Below, piece after piece: positions 29,785 through 39,780 of a stretch of 64,000 bases of DNA (positions within the stretch are counted from its first letter, which is position 1; every line of letters starts with the position of its first letter). The stretch is from Patescibacteria group bacterium (GTDB taxonomy: Bacteria; Patescibacteriota; Patescibacteriia; UBA2591; UBA6264). Made by a program: the position numbers and the translations under genes. The DNA lies in contig JAIPGN010000002.1 in the NCBI GenBank assembly GCA_021735685.1, forward strand, positions 3,183 to 67,182, given 5' to 3'. The notes beneath the pieces are model-generated. The model saw only the letters and a program-made list of their open reading frames with translations, searched no databases and was not told where the DNA came from.

Positions 29785-30714
29785 ATGAACAATAAACCAC
29801 CCTTAATTGTTATTTGTGGGCCCACTGCTTCTGGGAAAAGTTCTTGGGCTATCAAATTGGCTCAAAATTTTTCTCAGAAATCACAAAAAGTTGAAATCAT
29901 CTCTGCTGACAGTCGTGCTCTTTATCAAGAAATGAACATTGGCACCGCCAAAGTTACCCCTCAAGAAAGAAAAAAAATTCCTCATCATCTCATAGATATT
30001 ATTTCCCCGGATCAAAACTTTAATGTGGCTCTTTTTCAAAAAAAGGCTTTGGCTATTATTAAAAAAATTAATCAAAAAAATAATATCCCTTTTTTAGTAG
30101 GAGGTACTGGACTTTACTTAAAATCCATTACTTCTAATTTGAAAATCCCTTCTGTTTCTCCTTGCCCAAAGATAAGAAAAAAACTAGAAAAAGAAATCAA
30201 AGAAAAAGGAATTGATTCTCTTTGGCAACGACTACTCCAGCTGGATCCCCAGGCTCAAAATTTTGTTTCCCCGCAAAATCCCCGCCGGATAATCAGAGCT
30301 CTAGAAGTTTGCTTGCAATCTCAGAAACCTTTTTCTCAAATCAGAAACCAAGGTGAAGAGAAATTTAACCTTCTTCAAATCGGCATTAAAATAGAAAGAA
30401 AAGAATTATACCAACGTATTAACCAAAGAGTAGAGAAAATGGTTGAACAAGGCTTAGTGAAAGAAACTAAAGGATTATTAAAAAAATATCCACCAACTAG
30501 TCCTGGTCTACAAACTATTGCCTATCAAGAGATTATTTCTTTCTTGCAAGAAAAAATTTCCCTAAAAGAAGCTATTGAGTTAATTAAAAGAAATACTCGT
30601 CATTACGCTCGTCGTCAAATAACTTGGTTCAAAAAAGAAAAAAATATCAATTGGGTAGAAAATTATTCTTCAGCTAAAAATTTAATTGAAACATTTCTAA
30701 AAAAACTTAATTAG
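29785..30714 (+). CDS. miaA: tRNA dimethylallyltransferase
   Basis: P-loop 'VICGPTASGKSS', 'ISADSRALYQEMNIGTAK', 'HHLIDI'. Confidence 0.9.
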   Translation: MNNKPPLIVICGPTASGKSSWAIKLAQNFSQKSQKVEIISADSRALYQEMNIGTAKVTPQERKKIPHHLIDIISPDQNFNVALFQKKALAIIKKINQKNNIPFLVGGTGLYLKSITSNLKIPSVSPCPKIRKKLEKEIKEKGIDSLWQRLLQLDPQAQNFVSPQNPRRIIRALEVCLQSQKPFSQIRNQGEEKFNLLQIGIKIERKELYQRINQRVEKMVEQGLVKETKGLLKKYPPTSPGLQTIAYQEIISFLQEKISLKEAIELIKRNTRHYARRQITWFKKEKNINWVENYSSAKNLIETFLKKLN

Positions 30715-30733
30715 GAGCTGAGCTCCGCAGTGA

Positions 30734-32236
30734 TTAAAGTTCTAATTTTTTCTTCAACAAATCTTTAATTCGGCCTGGGTTTACCCGGCCTTTTGTTTTT
30801 TTAACTGCCTGCCCAATCAAAAAATGAATAACATTTTCTTGTCCTGATTTAATTTTCTCTATTAACAGAGGATTACTCTTTATTAGTTCATCCAAAATTA
30901 ATGACAAATCTTGCTTTACTGGAGAATCTTTCTTTTTCTCTTCCTCCATTAATTCCTTTGGAGGTCGACTGGTTTTAATCATCGCTAATAAAATCTTACG
31001 CCCCAAATGATTGGACATCTTTTTTTGATACAAAAGGACCAAAAAATCAATAAAGTCCTCTACTGAAACTGCGTCTTCTTTCTGAGAGCATTCTTCTAAA
31101 AAAACTAGATAATAATTTAAAAACCAATTGGCAACTAAAGAAATTAATTTTTTGCGAGAAATTTGCCAAATTTCTTCTTGACTGCCTTCTATTTCTCCTT
31201 GATCAACAATCCAATCTTTCAGACCGTCAATTGTTTCTTGAATAAAGGAAGAACGCTGGGGGGAAGAAAACAATACTCTCACCTTGTCCTCAGAAAGATC
31301 GTATTTATCTTGCCAATATTTTCTTTGCTGAGAGGGTAAATCTGGTAAAGACTTCTCTAGATCTTGAACCCTAAAAGGAAAATCATCTTTTGTCAAAGAA
31401 AAAATAGGCAAATCTGGTTCGGGAAAATAGCGATAATCTTTAACCTCTTCCTTACTTCTTTGAGCAACCGTAATCTCTTTTTCTGCATCCCAGCCTCTAG
31501 TTGTTTCCAACAAATCTTTATGATCTAACCATAATTTGCTCTGCCTTTTAATTTCATAAAGCAAGGCTCTTTCCGCAGCCCGGAAAGAATTAAGATTTTT
31601 AATTTCTGTCTTAGGATACAGTTTCTCTTTTTCTTTTTCTGGGCGCAAGGAAACATTTAAATCACATCTCATTTGTCCGGCCTCCATCTTAGCTTCAGAA
31701 ATCTCAAAAGCTTGAACAATTTCTTGTAACTCTTGCAAAAAAGAACGGACCTGCTCTGGGCTTTCCAACTCTGGTTTAGTTACTATCTCCGCTAAAGGTA
31801 ACCCCGCGCGATTAAAATCTAAGAAGCTTTCCCCTCCTGCCTGATGCCAGAATTTAGCCGTATCTTCTTCTAAATGAACTCTTTCTAAATTAATTTTTTG
31901 CCCATTTATTTCCAAAAAACCACCCGAAATTAGGGGACGATAAAATTGACTAATCTGATAACCTTTAGGCAAATCTGGATAAAAATAATTCTTACGATCG
32001 AACCAAAACTCGTCCGCAACCTTCCCTTTTAAGGCTAAACCCAAAAGAATAACCTTGCGTACTGCTTCTTGGTTTAAAACTGGCAAAACCCCTGGCTGAC
32101 CCCAACAAACTGGACAAATATTAAAATTAGGCCTAGTTTCTTCGGCTTGATTAAGGCAAGAACAAAAAAGCTTGCTCTTGGTATTCAAAACTAAATGTAT
32201 TTCCAGTCCAATGACTGGTTTTAAATCAAACGGCAT
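30734..32236 (-). CDS. gatB: Asp/Glu-tRNA amidotransferase subunit B
   Basis: 'MPFDLKPVIGLEIHLVLNTKSKLFCSC' and a GatB/YqeY C-terminal domain. Confidence 0.9.
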   Translation of the reverse strand: MPFDLKPVIGLEIHLVLNTKSKLFCSCLNQAEETRPNFNICPVCWGQPGVLPVLNQEAVRKVILLGLALKGKVADEFWFDRKNYFYPDLPKGYQISQFYRPLISGGFLEINGQKINLERVHLEEDTAKFWHQAGGESFLDFNRAGLPLAEIVTKPELESPEQVRSFLQELQEIVQAFEISEAKMEAGQMRCDLNVSLRPEKEKEKLYPKTEIKNLNSFRAAERALLYEIKRQSKLWLDHKDLLETTRGWDAEKEITVAQRSKEEVKDYRYFPEPDLPIFSLTKDDFPFRVQDLEKSLPDLPSQQRKYWQDKYDLSEDKVRVLFSSPQRSSFIQETIDGLKDWIVDQGEIEGSQEEIWQISRKKLISLVANWFLNYYLVFLEECSQKEDAVSVEDFIDFLVLLYQKKMSNHLGRKILLAMIKTSRPPKELMEEEKKKDSPVKQDLSLILDELIKSNPLLIEKIKSGQENVIHFLIGQAVKKTKGRVNPGRIKDLLKKKLEL

Positions 32237-33710
32237 TCTTTTTAGTTAAAACAATAGGAACGGTCATTAAAATAATTTGCAAATCTAAAAGTAAAGACCA
32301 ATTCTCAATATAATAAATATCTAATTCTGCTTCTTTATTAAAGGATAGATCCGAACGACCAGAAATTTGAGCTAAACCAGTTAAGCCCGGCTTAATGGTT
32401 AATAATTGTTTGTGCTCTCTTTCATACTTTGATATCTCTTGCGGTTCATGAGGTCGCGGTCCCACTAAACTCATCTCTCCTTTGAAAATATTAAGAAGTT
32501 GAGGCAATTCATCTAAGCTAGTCTGACGAAGAATTTTTCCAAAACGAGTAATACGAGGATCGTTTTTCATTTTAAATAAAGGTCCCGACCTTTCGTTGCG
32601 TGACATTAAATCTTTCTTAAGATGAGCTGCATTGGGAACCATAGAACGAAATTTATATAACATAAAATGTTTATTTTTTTGACCCACTCTCTCTAATTTA
32701 ACCAAAGCCGATCCCGGAGAATCCAGCTTAATGATGATAGCTAAAATCAAAAAAAGAGGCCAAAGAAGAAGCAGTCCCAAGGCTGAAACTAATAAATCAA
32801 AAGCTCTTTTGGCGATTCTCCCCCAACCCTGAAGAGCAGTTTGGTTAAGGGTAATGACCGGAAAACCACTTAAAGTCTCTACCTCAATGTTACTTAATAG
32901 GGATCCAAAAACATCAGCCACATATCTGAAAATAATTTGGTTTTCTTGACAAAGGCCGACAACCGAAAGCATTTCCGATCTTTCAGCAAAGGGCTCAAAT
33001 TGAATAATTTGATTTATTTCTCGGAAACGATTTGACCAATTTTCCTTTAAGTCCGAAAAATTTAACGGATTACCTAAAACCCGATAGCCAAACCCTGGAT
33101 TATTCTTTAAAAGCTGAATCATTTCTCTAGCTTCTGAGCTTTGTCCTAAAATTAAAATCGGTTCTAAATTTTTTCCTTTTTTGTAAGCAATTAGCTCTGC
33201 TCCATGAATTAAAATTCTCCCTAAGCTAACAAAAAGGAAAGAAATTAACCAAGCTGCTAAAACAATAAAACGAGAAGAAAAATATTCTCCTCTGAAAAAA
33301 ATAAAAAGCACTACCGACATAATCCCTAAAGAGCAAGCAATAAAAACCTTAGGGAGTTCTCGAGAAAAACGTTTTTTGCTACGGAGATTATACAAGCCCG
33401 CTCCCGCAAAGACAGCCAACCAAAGCAGGGCAATAATCAAAATAGACCATAAATATTGTCGAAAAGGAATTTCATAAATCACCGGCCTTAATTGATCCAA
33501 AGCGCTAAAACGTAAAAAATAAACAAAAATACCTGAGCAGACCAACATTAAATAGTCAACCGGAACCAATAGACTAACAAAAACTAAATCTCCTTTCTTC
33601 ATATTATTTATTATAGCAAAAAAATAAAGCACTGTTAACAAAAGTAGCTCAGCCTTAAAGACTGAACTACTTTTGTTGATTAGTTCTTCATAAGCCGAAT
33701 TCTGTACCAC
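32226..33710 (-). CDS. Polyprenyl-phosphate glycosylphosphotransferase (WbaP/CpsE-type priming sugar transferase)
   Basis: C-terminal 'AFDLLVSALGLLLLWPLFL...KFRSM...GPLFKMKNDPRITRFGKILRQTSLDELPQL...SLVGPRP'. The first ~35 nt overlap the RNase P RNA 3' end; a start at M37 (33602) is possible. Confidence 0.75.
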   Translation of the reverse strand: MVQNSAYEELINKSSSVFKAELLLLTVLYFFAIINNMKKGDLVFVSLLVPVDYLMLVCSGIFVYFLRFSALDQLRPVIYEIPFRQYLWSILIIALLWLAVFAGAGLYNLRSKKRFSRELPKVFIACSLGIMSVVLFIFFRGEYFSSRFIVLAAWLISFLFVSLGRILIHGAELIAYKKGKNLEPILILGQSSEAREMIQLLKNNPGFGYRVLGNPLNFSDLKENWSNRFREINQIIQFEPFAERSEMLSVVGLCQENQIIFRYVADVFGSLLSNIEVETLSGFPVITLNQTALQGWGRIAKRAFDLLVSALGLLLLWPLFLILAIIIKLDSPGSALVKLERVGQKNKHFMLYKFRSMVPNAAHLKKDLMSRNERSGPLFKMKNDPRITRFGKILRQTSLDELPQLLNIFKGEMSLVGPRPHEPQEISKYEREHKQLLTIKPGLTGLAQISGRSDLSFNKEAELDIYYIENWSLLLDLQIILMTVPIVLTKKNAV

Positions 33711-34035
33711 TTGCTAAAAAAACAAGCAGGATGGCTATTTATCTAGGCCTAATGTTACCATTAGGCTCTAACGACCCACCAAAATTTGGTCTTGCACTCA
33801 AGTAAGGATTTAGCCGTTTCACCCCTACATTTCTGTAGGATTACCCCATCTTTCAAAGGGGCGCTCGACCTTTCGGTCTTGCGCGTCTCTGTTCGCACCT
33901 CTATCAATTTTGCCCAAAGGCAAAATTGACGACGGGCGTTACCCGCTACCCGGCTCCTTCCAAAGAAGGAAGTGTTCGGACTTTCCTCTCGGCAGCCCAT
34001 GGGGCTACCCAGCAGCCATCTCCGAACCAATCTTT
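33675..34035 (-). ncRNA. rnpB: RNase P RNA (bacterial type-A-like)
   Basis: Minus strand reads 'GAGGAAAGTCCGAAC' (P4 5' strand), 'GGGTAACGCC', 'GGGGTGAAACGG', 'GGCCTAGATAAAT', then 'ACAGAATTCGGCTTAT' (P4 3' strand) pairing with P4 5'. P1 is GATTGGTTC/GAACTAATC. The region is locally GC-rich and otherwise without a credible CDS. Confidence 0.75.
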
Positions 34036-34063
34036 TTCAATTATAGCAAAAAAAAGAAAAAAA

Positions 34064-34471
34064 TCAAGTTTTAAGATGACGATCAATTACTTCATTAACC
34101 AAAGAATCTGCTTCCTTATTCTTTTCTCGAGGAATGTGATAAAAATTAATATTTTCAAAAAATTGAGATAAATTCCAAACCTTTAAGAACAATTTTCCTA
34201 GTTTTGGATTTTTAACTTTAAAACGACGATTTAATTGTTCAACAACTAATTGACTATCCAGATAACAATCTACTTTTTTTGCTGACAAAGATTTTGCTTT
34301 TTCTAATCCTAAGATTAAAGCTTCATATTCGGCTTGATTATTCGTGCTTGAGCCTAAAAATCGAGAGGTCTTTTTAATTAAATTCATTTTCTTATCGTAA
34401 ATTACCGCCCCTGCTCCTCCCGGACCAGGATTACCTCGCGCGCCGCCATCACTATAGATAATAAATTTCAT
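34064..34471 (-). CDS. rnhA: Ribonuclease HI
   Basis: 'IYSDGGARGNPGPGGAGAVI...NNQAEYEALILGLEKA' RNase H fold catalytic residues. Confidence 0.85.
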   Translation of the reverse strand: MKFIIYSDGGARGNPGPGGAGAVIYDKKMNLIKKTSRFLGSSTNNQAEYEALILGLEKAKSLSAKKVDCYLDSQLVVEQLNRRFKVKNPKLGKLFLKVWNLSQFFENINFYHIPREKNKEADSLVNEVIDRHLKT

Positions 34472-34483
34472 TTTCTAATTTTT

Positions 34484-36169
34484 TTATGACTTTTTAATAT
34501 CTGAAACATTTAATTGCAACTCTTGAGTGCCGTTCCATTGATTAATTTCTAAACGAAAAACAACATCAATTTTTTCTCCTGGACGAAAATTAACCATTTT
34601 TTGAGCTGAGTTAAAATAAATCATTTTTCGACCACCTTCCACAAATAGACGATAATGCTTACCACCTCGTCCCACTGCTTGTATTTTTTCTAAAATAACT
34701 CCCGCTAACAAAAACTTAGGACAAGGATTCCCAAAACCAAAAGGCTGAAAATTAATAAACTTCTCGTAAAAATCCCAACTGATGTCATCTGGTTCCAATT
34801 GAGCTTCAATTTTTAAAAAAGGTTTTAGGTCTTTAGCAGCTAAAGCCTTCTTGCTTCTTTCCTGAACACTTTTTTGAAAAGCTTCCCAAGATTTTTCATT
34901 TTTCAAGGTAAAACCTACGGCCCCACTATGCCCACCAAAATTTTTAAAATGTTTTTCTTCTTGTCGCAAAAAAGTAAATAGATCAAAATTATCAATTGAG
35001 CGACCAGAGCCACTAATTTCGCCCTCTTTCTTACTCAAAACTAAAGCCGGGCGATAAAAAGCATCAACTAATTTATTGGCCACTAGTCCTAAAATTCCTC
35101 CTGGCCAATCCTCTCCCAAAGCAACAATAATCTTTTCTCGCGGTTTAACTTGAATAGATTTGAAAATTTTCTCAGTTATCTTTTGCCTTTGAGTATTCAG
35201 GGAGTTTAAATTTTGAGCCCACTCTTCGGCTTTAACCAAAGTAGAAGATAAAAATAAATTCAGGGCATCAGTAGCTTGATTAATGCGTCCAGCCGCATTA
35301 ATCCTCGGACTAAGACGAAAACTAATGTCTTCCGAGCTTAAACCCTTGGGAGTTAAAGAAGAAACCTTAATCAAAGACTTTAGTCCTAAATTTCTAGTTT
35401 TATTTAAAACCACTAAGCCGTACTTAACTAAAACTCTATTTTCGCCCAAAAGAGGCATAGAATCTGCCACCGTGCCCAAAGCCACTAAATCTAAAAGCCA
35501 TTTTTCAGTTGCTTCTTTGTTTTTTAAAACACACTCTTTAGATCTTAAAAGGGCTTGCCCTAGCTTAAAAGCAACCCCCACTCCTGCTAAAAAGCGGAAG
35601 GGATACTTTTCCCTTTTAAGCTGAGGATTAATAATAGCCAAGGCGTTTGGTAAATGACGAGGCTCAAGATGATGATCAGTGACAATCACATCTAAACCAG
35701 CAGAGTTAGCTAAATCTATCTCCTCTTTATTGGAAACTCCACAATCACAAGTAATAATCAGATTAAATTTTTCTTTAATAAATCTTTCAATTGCTCCTTG
35801 ATTCAATCCATAACCATCTATTTCCCGGTTTGGAATATAAAAATGTAAATTAACAGCTCCCAATTTTTTTAAAAGTTTAAATAAAATTGTAGTTGAAGTC
35901 ACTCCATCTGTGTCATAATCACCGCAAATCACAATTTTTTCTTTCTTTTTAATGGCTTGATATATTCTCTTTACCGCTACTTTCATATCTTGGAGTAAAA
36001 AAGGATCATGCACGTCCTGAGAATAATCTGGTCGCAGAAATTCATCAATTTTTTCTTGATTATCCAAACCTCGATTAAAAAGTAATTGCAAAATTACCGG
36101 ATGAACTTCCGGAAATTTATCTTGAAATTTTTTTGAAATTGAAGGGGCAATGCGCCAAATTTTATCCAT
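34484..36169 (-). CDS. recJ: Single-stranded-DNA-specific exonuclease RecJ
   Basis: DHH 'IVICGDYDTDGVTST', 'DHH' motif 'VTDHH', DHHA1 domain, OB-fold C-terminus. Confidence 0.85.
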   Translation of the reverse strand: MDKIWRIAPSISKKFQDKFPEVHPVILQLLFNRGLDNQEKIDEFLRPDYSQDVHDPFLLQDMKVAVKRIYQAIKKKEKIVICGDYDTDGVTSTTILFKLLKKLGAVNLHFYIPNREIDGYGLNQGAIERFIKEKFNLIITCDCGVSNKEEIDLANSAGLDVIVTDHHLEPRHLPNALAIINPQLKREKYPFRFLAGVGVAFKLGQALLRSKECVLKNKEATEKWLLDLVALGTVADSMPLLGENRVLVKYGLVVLNKTRNLGLKSLIKVSSLTPKGLSSEDISFRLSPRINAAGRINQATDALNLFLSSTLVKAEEWAQNLNSLNTQRQKITEKIFKSIQVKPREKIIVALGEDWPGGILGLVANKLVDAFYRPALVLSKKEGEISGSGRSIDNFDLFTFLRQEEKHFKNFGGHSGAVGFTLKNEKSWEAFQKSVQERSKKALAAKDLKPFLKIEAQLEPDDISWDFYEKFINFQPFGFGNPCPKFLLAGVILEKIQAVGRGGKHYRLFVEGGRKMIYFNSAQKMVNFRPGEKIDVVFRLEINQWNGTQELQLNVSDIKKS

Positions 36170-36174
36170 TTTTT

Positions 36175-37293
36175 TTATTTATATACCCGAGGAATATCTT
36201 GATTAATTCTAGTCACCACCTCATAATTAATCGTTCCTATTTTTTGAGCCCAATCTTCAGCATTAGCTAAAGTATTTTCCTCTCCTGCTAGAAGAAGGGC
36301 CTTGTCTCCTGCTTTTATCTCTTTAACCTGAGAAACATCCACCATGATAAGATTCATGCAAACTCGCCCTCGCACCGGGCAAGAAACACCCTTAACAATA
36401 ACCACTCCTTGATTAGAAAGATGGCGATCATAACCATCAGCATATCCCACTGGCAAAACTGCAATTTTAGTTTTCTTTTTAGTGACAAAAGTTCGATCAT
36501 AACCAATTGAAGTTCCCGCCTTTAATTCTTTGACTTGAATCACCTTAGTCCACCAAGATAAAACTGGTTTCAAAAACAAAGAAAGTTGAGCCGCTCTTTG
36601 ACGAGTATAATTAGAGGGCCATAAACCATAAAGAGCAATTCCCAAACGGACCATATTAAAAAGAGAATTTTGGGTATTAATAATGGCAGCAGAACAAGCA
36701 GCGTGGGAAAAAGGAGCTTCCTTAGTTTGAATAATTTCTTGAAATTTCTTGGTTTGCTGATCAGCATAAGACTGATCCTCTGACTCCGAATCAGCGTAAT
36801 GAGTAAAAATTCCTCTTAAATTTAAAAAATCACTATCTTTGATTTTTTTACTTAAAGCTAGGGCCTCTCTTGAACCTTGAACTCCGATCCGACTGGCTCC
36901 TGTATCTACTTTAAGGTGAACATTAATCTTTTTCTTTAACTCTTGTCCTATTTGATCTAAGAAGGTAATTTGCTCTAAATTATAAACCGGAAAATCTACT
37001 TCTTGTCGAACTCCCGCCTTAATCTTCAATCTTTCAAGAGGATAGTAGCTTAAAATAAAAATAGGGGCTGAAATTTTATTAGCCCGCAACCATAAAGCCT
37101 CATTCAAATTTGCCACTCCCAGCCAATCAGCTCCTTCTTTTAAGCAAATTTTAGATACTTCCAAAATGCCATGCCCGTAAGCATTAGATTTCACAATTAC
37201 CATCAATTTCCTCTGCTTGCCAATCAATTGCCGAAATTGTTGCAAATTATTTTTTAAACGAGACTTGCTTATTTCAACCCAAGTTAAAGGCAT
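36175..37293 (-). CDS. alr: Alanine racemase
   Basis: PLP-binding 'VIVKSNAYGHG', with matching length and domain order. Confidence 0.85.
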   Translation of the reverse strand: MPLTWVEISKSRLKNNLQQFRQLIGKQRKLMVIVKSNAYGHGILEVSKICLKEGADWLGVANLNEALWLRANKISAPIFILSYYPLERLKIKAGVRQEVDFPVYNLEQITFLDQIGQELKKKINVHLKVDTGASRIGVQGSREALALSKKIKDSDFLNLRGIFTHYADSESEDQSYADQQTKKFQEIIQTKEAPFSHAACSAAIINTQNSLFNMVRLGIALYGLWPSNYTRQRAAQLSLFLKPVLSWWTKVIQVKELKAGTSIGYDRTFVTKKKTKIAVLPVGYADGYDRHLSNQGVVIVKGVSCPVRGRVCMNLIMVDVSQVKEIKAGDKALLLAGEENTLANAEDWAQKIGTINYEVVTRINQDIPRVYK

Positions 37294-37322
37294 ATAAAAG
37301 ATAATTATTAAATGAAAAAACT

Positions 37323-38795
37323 TTATTTTTTGTCTCGTGGTGGTTGAGCTTTAAGAGTAGGAAACAAAATAACCTCTCTAATATTTTGAGTATTAGTTAA
37401 AATGTTAACCAAGCGATCAATTCCAATTCCTTCTCCAGCAGTAGGAGGCATTCCATACTTAAGAGCTGTAACAAACTCTTCGTCAGCAGCCTGAGCCTCT
37501 TCATCTCCCTTATCTTGTAATTTCTTTTGTTCCTTAAATCGGGCCGCTTGATCCAAAGGATCATTTAGTTCGGAAAAAGCATTACAGGTCTCCAAACCGT
37601 TAACCAGTAATTGAAATCTTTCCACATAAGCAGGCCTCTCTTTGATTTTTTTAGCTAAAGGCGAAAGCTCTAAAGGATGATTAATAATAAAAATCGGTTG
37701 TTTAGCTTGAGATAAAACGAATTTTTTATAAATTTCATCTAAAATTCTACCTCGACCCCAGGTTTTATCTAAAGCCAACCCTTTTTTCTTAGCCTCAGCC
37801 GCTAATTGCTCCCGCTCCGGATACTGATCAATATCAATCCCTGCTTTCTCAATTAAAGCTTCCCGAAAGTCCCAGCGCGGGTAAGGGGGCGTAAAGTCAA
37901 TCTTTTGGCCCTGAAATTCTATTTTCATTCCCAGTCCCAATCCTTTCAACAAAAAAACCATTAATTCCTCGGTTAGTTGCATTAGATCTTGATAATCAGC
38001 ATAAGCTTGATAAAACTCCACTTGCGTAAATTCGGGACTATGAGTGCGATCTATCCCCTCATTCCGAAAGCAACGGGCAACCTCATAGACTCTTTCCAGA
38101 TTTCCAATTATTAATCTTTTCAAATATAATTCTGGAGCTACTCGTAAATATAAATCTCGATCTAGGGCTTGATGATGAGTCACAAAGGGTTTAGCCGTGG
38201 CTCCCCCGGCTAAAGATTGAAGAATCGGAGTTTCCACCTCCATAAAATTTCTTTGGTTCAAAAACTCTCTAATCAGCTTTATGGTTTTACTTCTTGTAGT
38301 AAAAATTTTACGAACTTCGGGGTTAGCAATCAAGTCCAAATAACGTTGTCGAAATCTCTTCTCAGGATCAGACAAACCATGCCATTTTTCTGGGAGAGGT
38401 AAGAGAGATTTAGATAAAAGACGATAAGAATTAAGACGAAGAGTTTTTTCACCCTTTTTGGTAAGAAAAACCTTTCCTTGAACCTGTAAAAAATCCCCCA
38501 AATCTATATTTTCTTTAAAAAAATTATAAGCCTCCTCACCTAAATCATCTTGAGCTAAAAAAAGCTGAAAACGACCAGAGCCGTCCTCTAAATTAGCAAA
38601 ACAAACCTTACCATGTAAACGCAAAAGCACTAACCGACCCGCCAAAGTTATCTCTTTTTCTTTTTTTTCTATTTGATCAAAGTCCAGAGTTGCTTTTTGG
38701 CAGAGATAATCACGTTGCGCTCGCGCTGGATAAGGATCTACTCCGTTTTTTATAATATTTTTTAATTTTTGCTCGCGATCACTAATAATTCCCAT
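37323..38795 (-). CDS. lysS: Lysyl-tRNA synthetase, class II
   Basis: OB-fold N-domain; class II motifs including 'FRNEG' and 'GGxGxGIDR' ('GEGIGIDRLV'). Confidence 0.9.
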   Translation of the reverse strand: MGIISDREQKLKNIIKNGVDPYPARAQRDYLCQKATLDFDQIEKKEKEITLAGRLVLLRLHGKVCFANLEDGSGRFQLFLAQDDLGEEAYNFFKENIDLGDFLQVQGKVFLTKKGEKTLRLNSYRLLSKSLLPLPEKWHGLSDPEKRFRQRYLDLIANPEVRKIFTTRSKTIKLIREFLNQRNFMEVETPILQSLAGGATAKPFVTHHQALDRDLYLRVAPELYLKRLIIGNLERVYEVARCFRNEGIDRTHSPEFTQVEFYQAYADYQDLMQLTEELMVFLLKGLGLGMKIEFQGQKIDFTPPYPRWDFREALIEKAGIDIDQYPEREQLAAEAKKKGLALDKTWGRGRILDEIYKKFVLSQAKQPIFIINHPLELSPLAKKIKERPAYVERFQLLVNGLETCNAFSELNDPLDQAARFKEQKKLQDKGDEEAQAADEEFVTALKYGMPPTAGEGIGIDRLVNILTNTQNIREVILFPTLKAQPPRDKK

Positions 38796-38861
38796 AAACT
38801 TAGATTAAAACTATATTTAATTTTAGCAATTGAAAGGAAAAAAAACAAGAAAACAAGTTTT

Positions 38862-39323
38862 TTATTCAGCCTTAATAACCTTCACCTTCATAATCACACC
38901 AGTAGGAGTCTTGAAATCTACTTTTTGCCCAGCCTTTTGTCCAATTAAAAGACGCCCCAAAGGAGACTCACAGGAAAGGCAACCCTGACTGGGATTGGCT
39001 TCATTGCTACCAACTATTGAATACTCTTTCTTTTGAGAATTAATCTCCAAAGTTACTTTTGATCCCAAAGAAATTACGTCTCCTTTTTTTTGATCATGAT
39101 CAATAACTTTAGAATTCTGTAGAATCTTTTTTAAATTCTTAACCCTCATTTCAGCTAAAGCTTGATCCTCTTTAGCTGTCTCAAATTCAGCATTTTCCGA
39201 TAAATCACCCATTTCAATAGCTAGTCTAATCCTCTCTACAATTTGAGGGATTTTCACTTTTTGTAAAAATTCTAATTCTTCCAGTATTTTTTTTCTTCCC
39301 GCAGGAGTTAAATATTCAGTCAT
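38862..39323 (-). CDS. greA: Transcription elongation factor GreA
   Basis: Coiled-coil N-terminal with acidic tip 'DLSENAEFE' and FKBP-like C-domain. Confidence 0.9.
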   Translation of the reverse strand: MTEYLTPAGRKKILEELEFLQKVKIPQIVERIRLAIEMGDLSENAEFETAKEDQALAEMRVKNLKKILQNSKVIDHDQKKGDVISLGSKVTLEINSQKKEYSIVGSNEANPSQGCLSCESPLGRLLIGQKAGQKVDFKTPTGVIMKVKVIKAE

Positions 39324-39441
39324 AATTAAACGAATTTAATTGAATAAAGGAAACAAAAAATAGACGCCGTCCTTCCGGCACCAAATAATGCCTTGATTAA
39401 ATCAATGTATTAAATTTTGCTTTACTAAATCTTTTCAGTTA

Positions 39442-39774
39442 TTAGGTAAATAATTTTCTGATATCCTCTGGCACTGGCACTTCTCTCCTTTTACTCACTC
39501 CCGGATATCTCCAAACTGTGATAATTTTAATCCTTCCTGGCTGATCTGGGTCAGGTTGACCCATCATCCATATTTCGGTGGGGCGTCGTCGTGAACCAAC
39601 GGTCTGCATTCGAGCCATGGTTCCTGGGACGATTCCCTCTTCTTGGCGGTGATAACGGTAAAATAAATTTTTAATTCTAGATTCGGAGAGTTGATAATAT
39701 CTCATTTTTTCTTGGGCGTGCTTAGTCCAAAAAAAATTTTTATTATTTTGAGGGAATTTAAAGAAAAAAGCCAT
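39442..39774 (-). CDS. Small basic protein, DUF4258-like (toxin-like fold)
   Basis: 'TKHAQEKMRYYQLSESRIKNL' resembles the DUF4258 H-x-x-x-R-M-x-x-R motif; 110 aa; no adjacent antitoxin candidate. Confidence 0.35.
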   Translation of the reverse strand: MAFFFKFPQNNKNFFWTKHAQEKMRYYQLSESRIKNLFYRYHRQEEGIVPGTMARMQTVGSRRRPTEIWMMGQPDPDQPGRIKIITVWRYPGVSKRREVPVPEDIRKLFT

Positions 39775-39780
39775 TAAATA

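Noticed and set aside
33761-34171. ORF-track ORFs 33761-34030 (-) and 33926-34171 (+) as protein-coding genes
   Set aside because: They lie within and antisense to the RNase P RNA. They are mutually overlapping, GC-skewed relative to neighbours and lack any motif.
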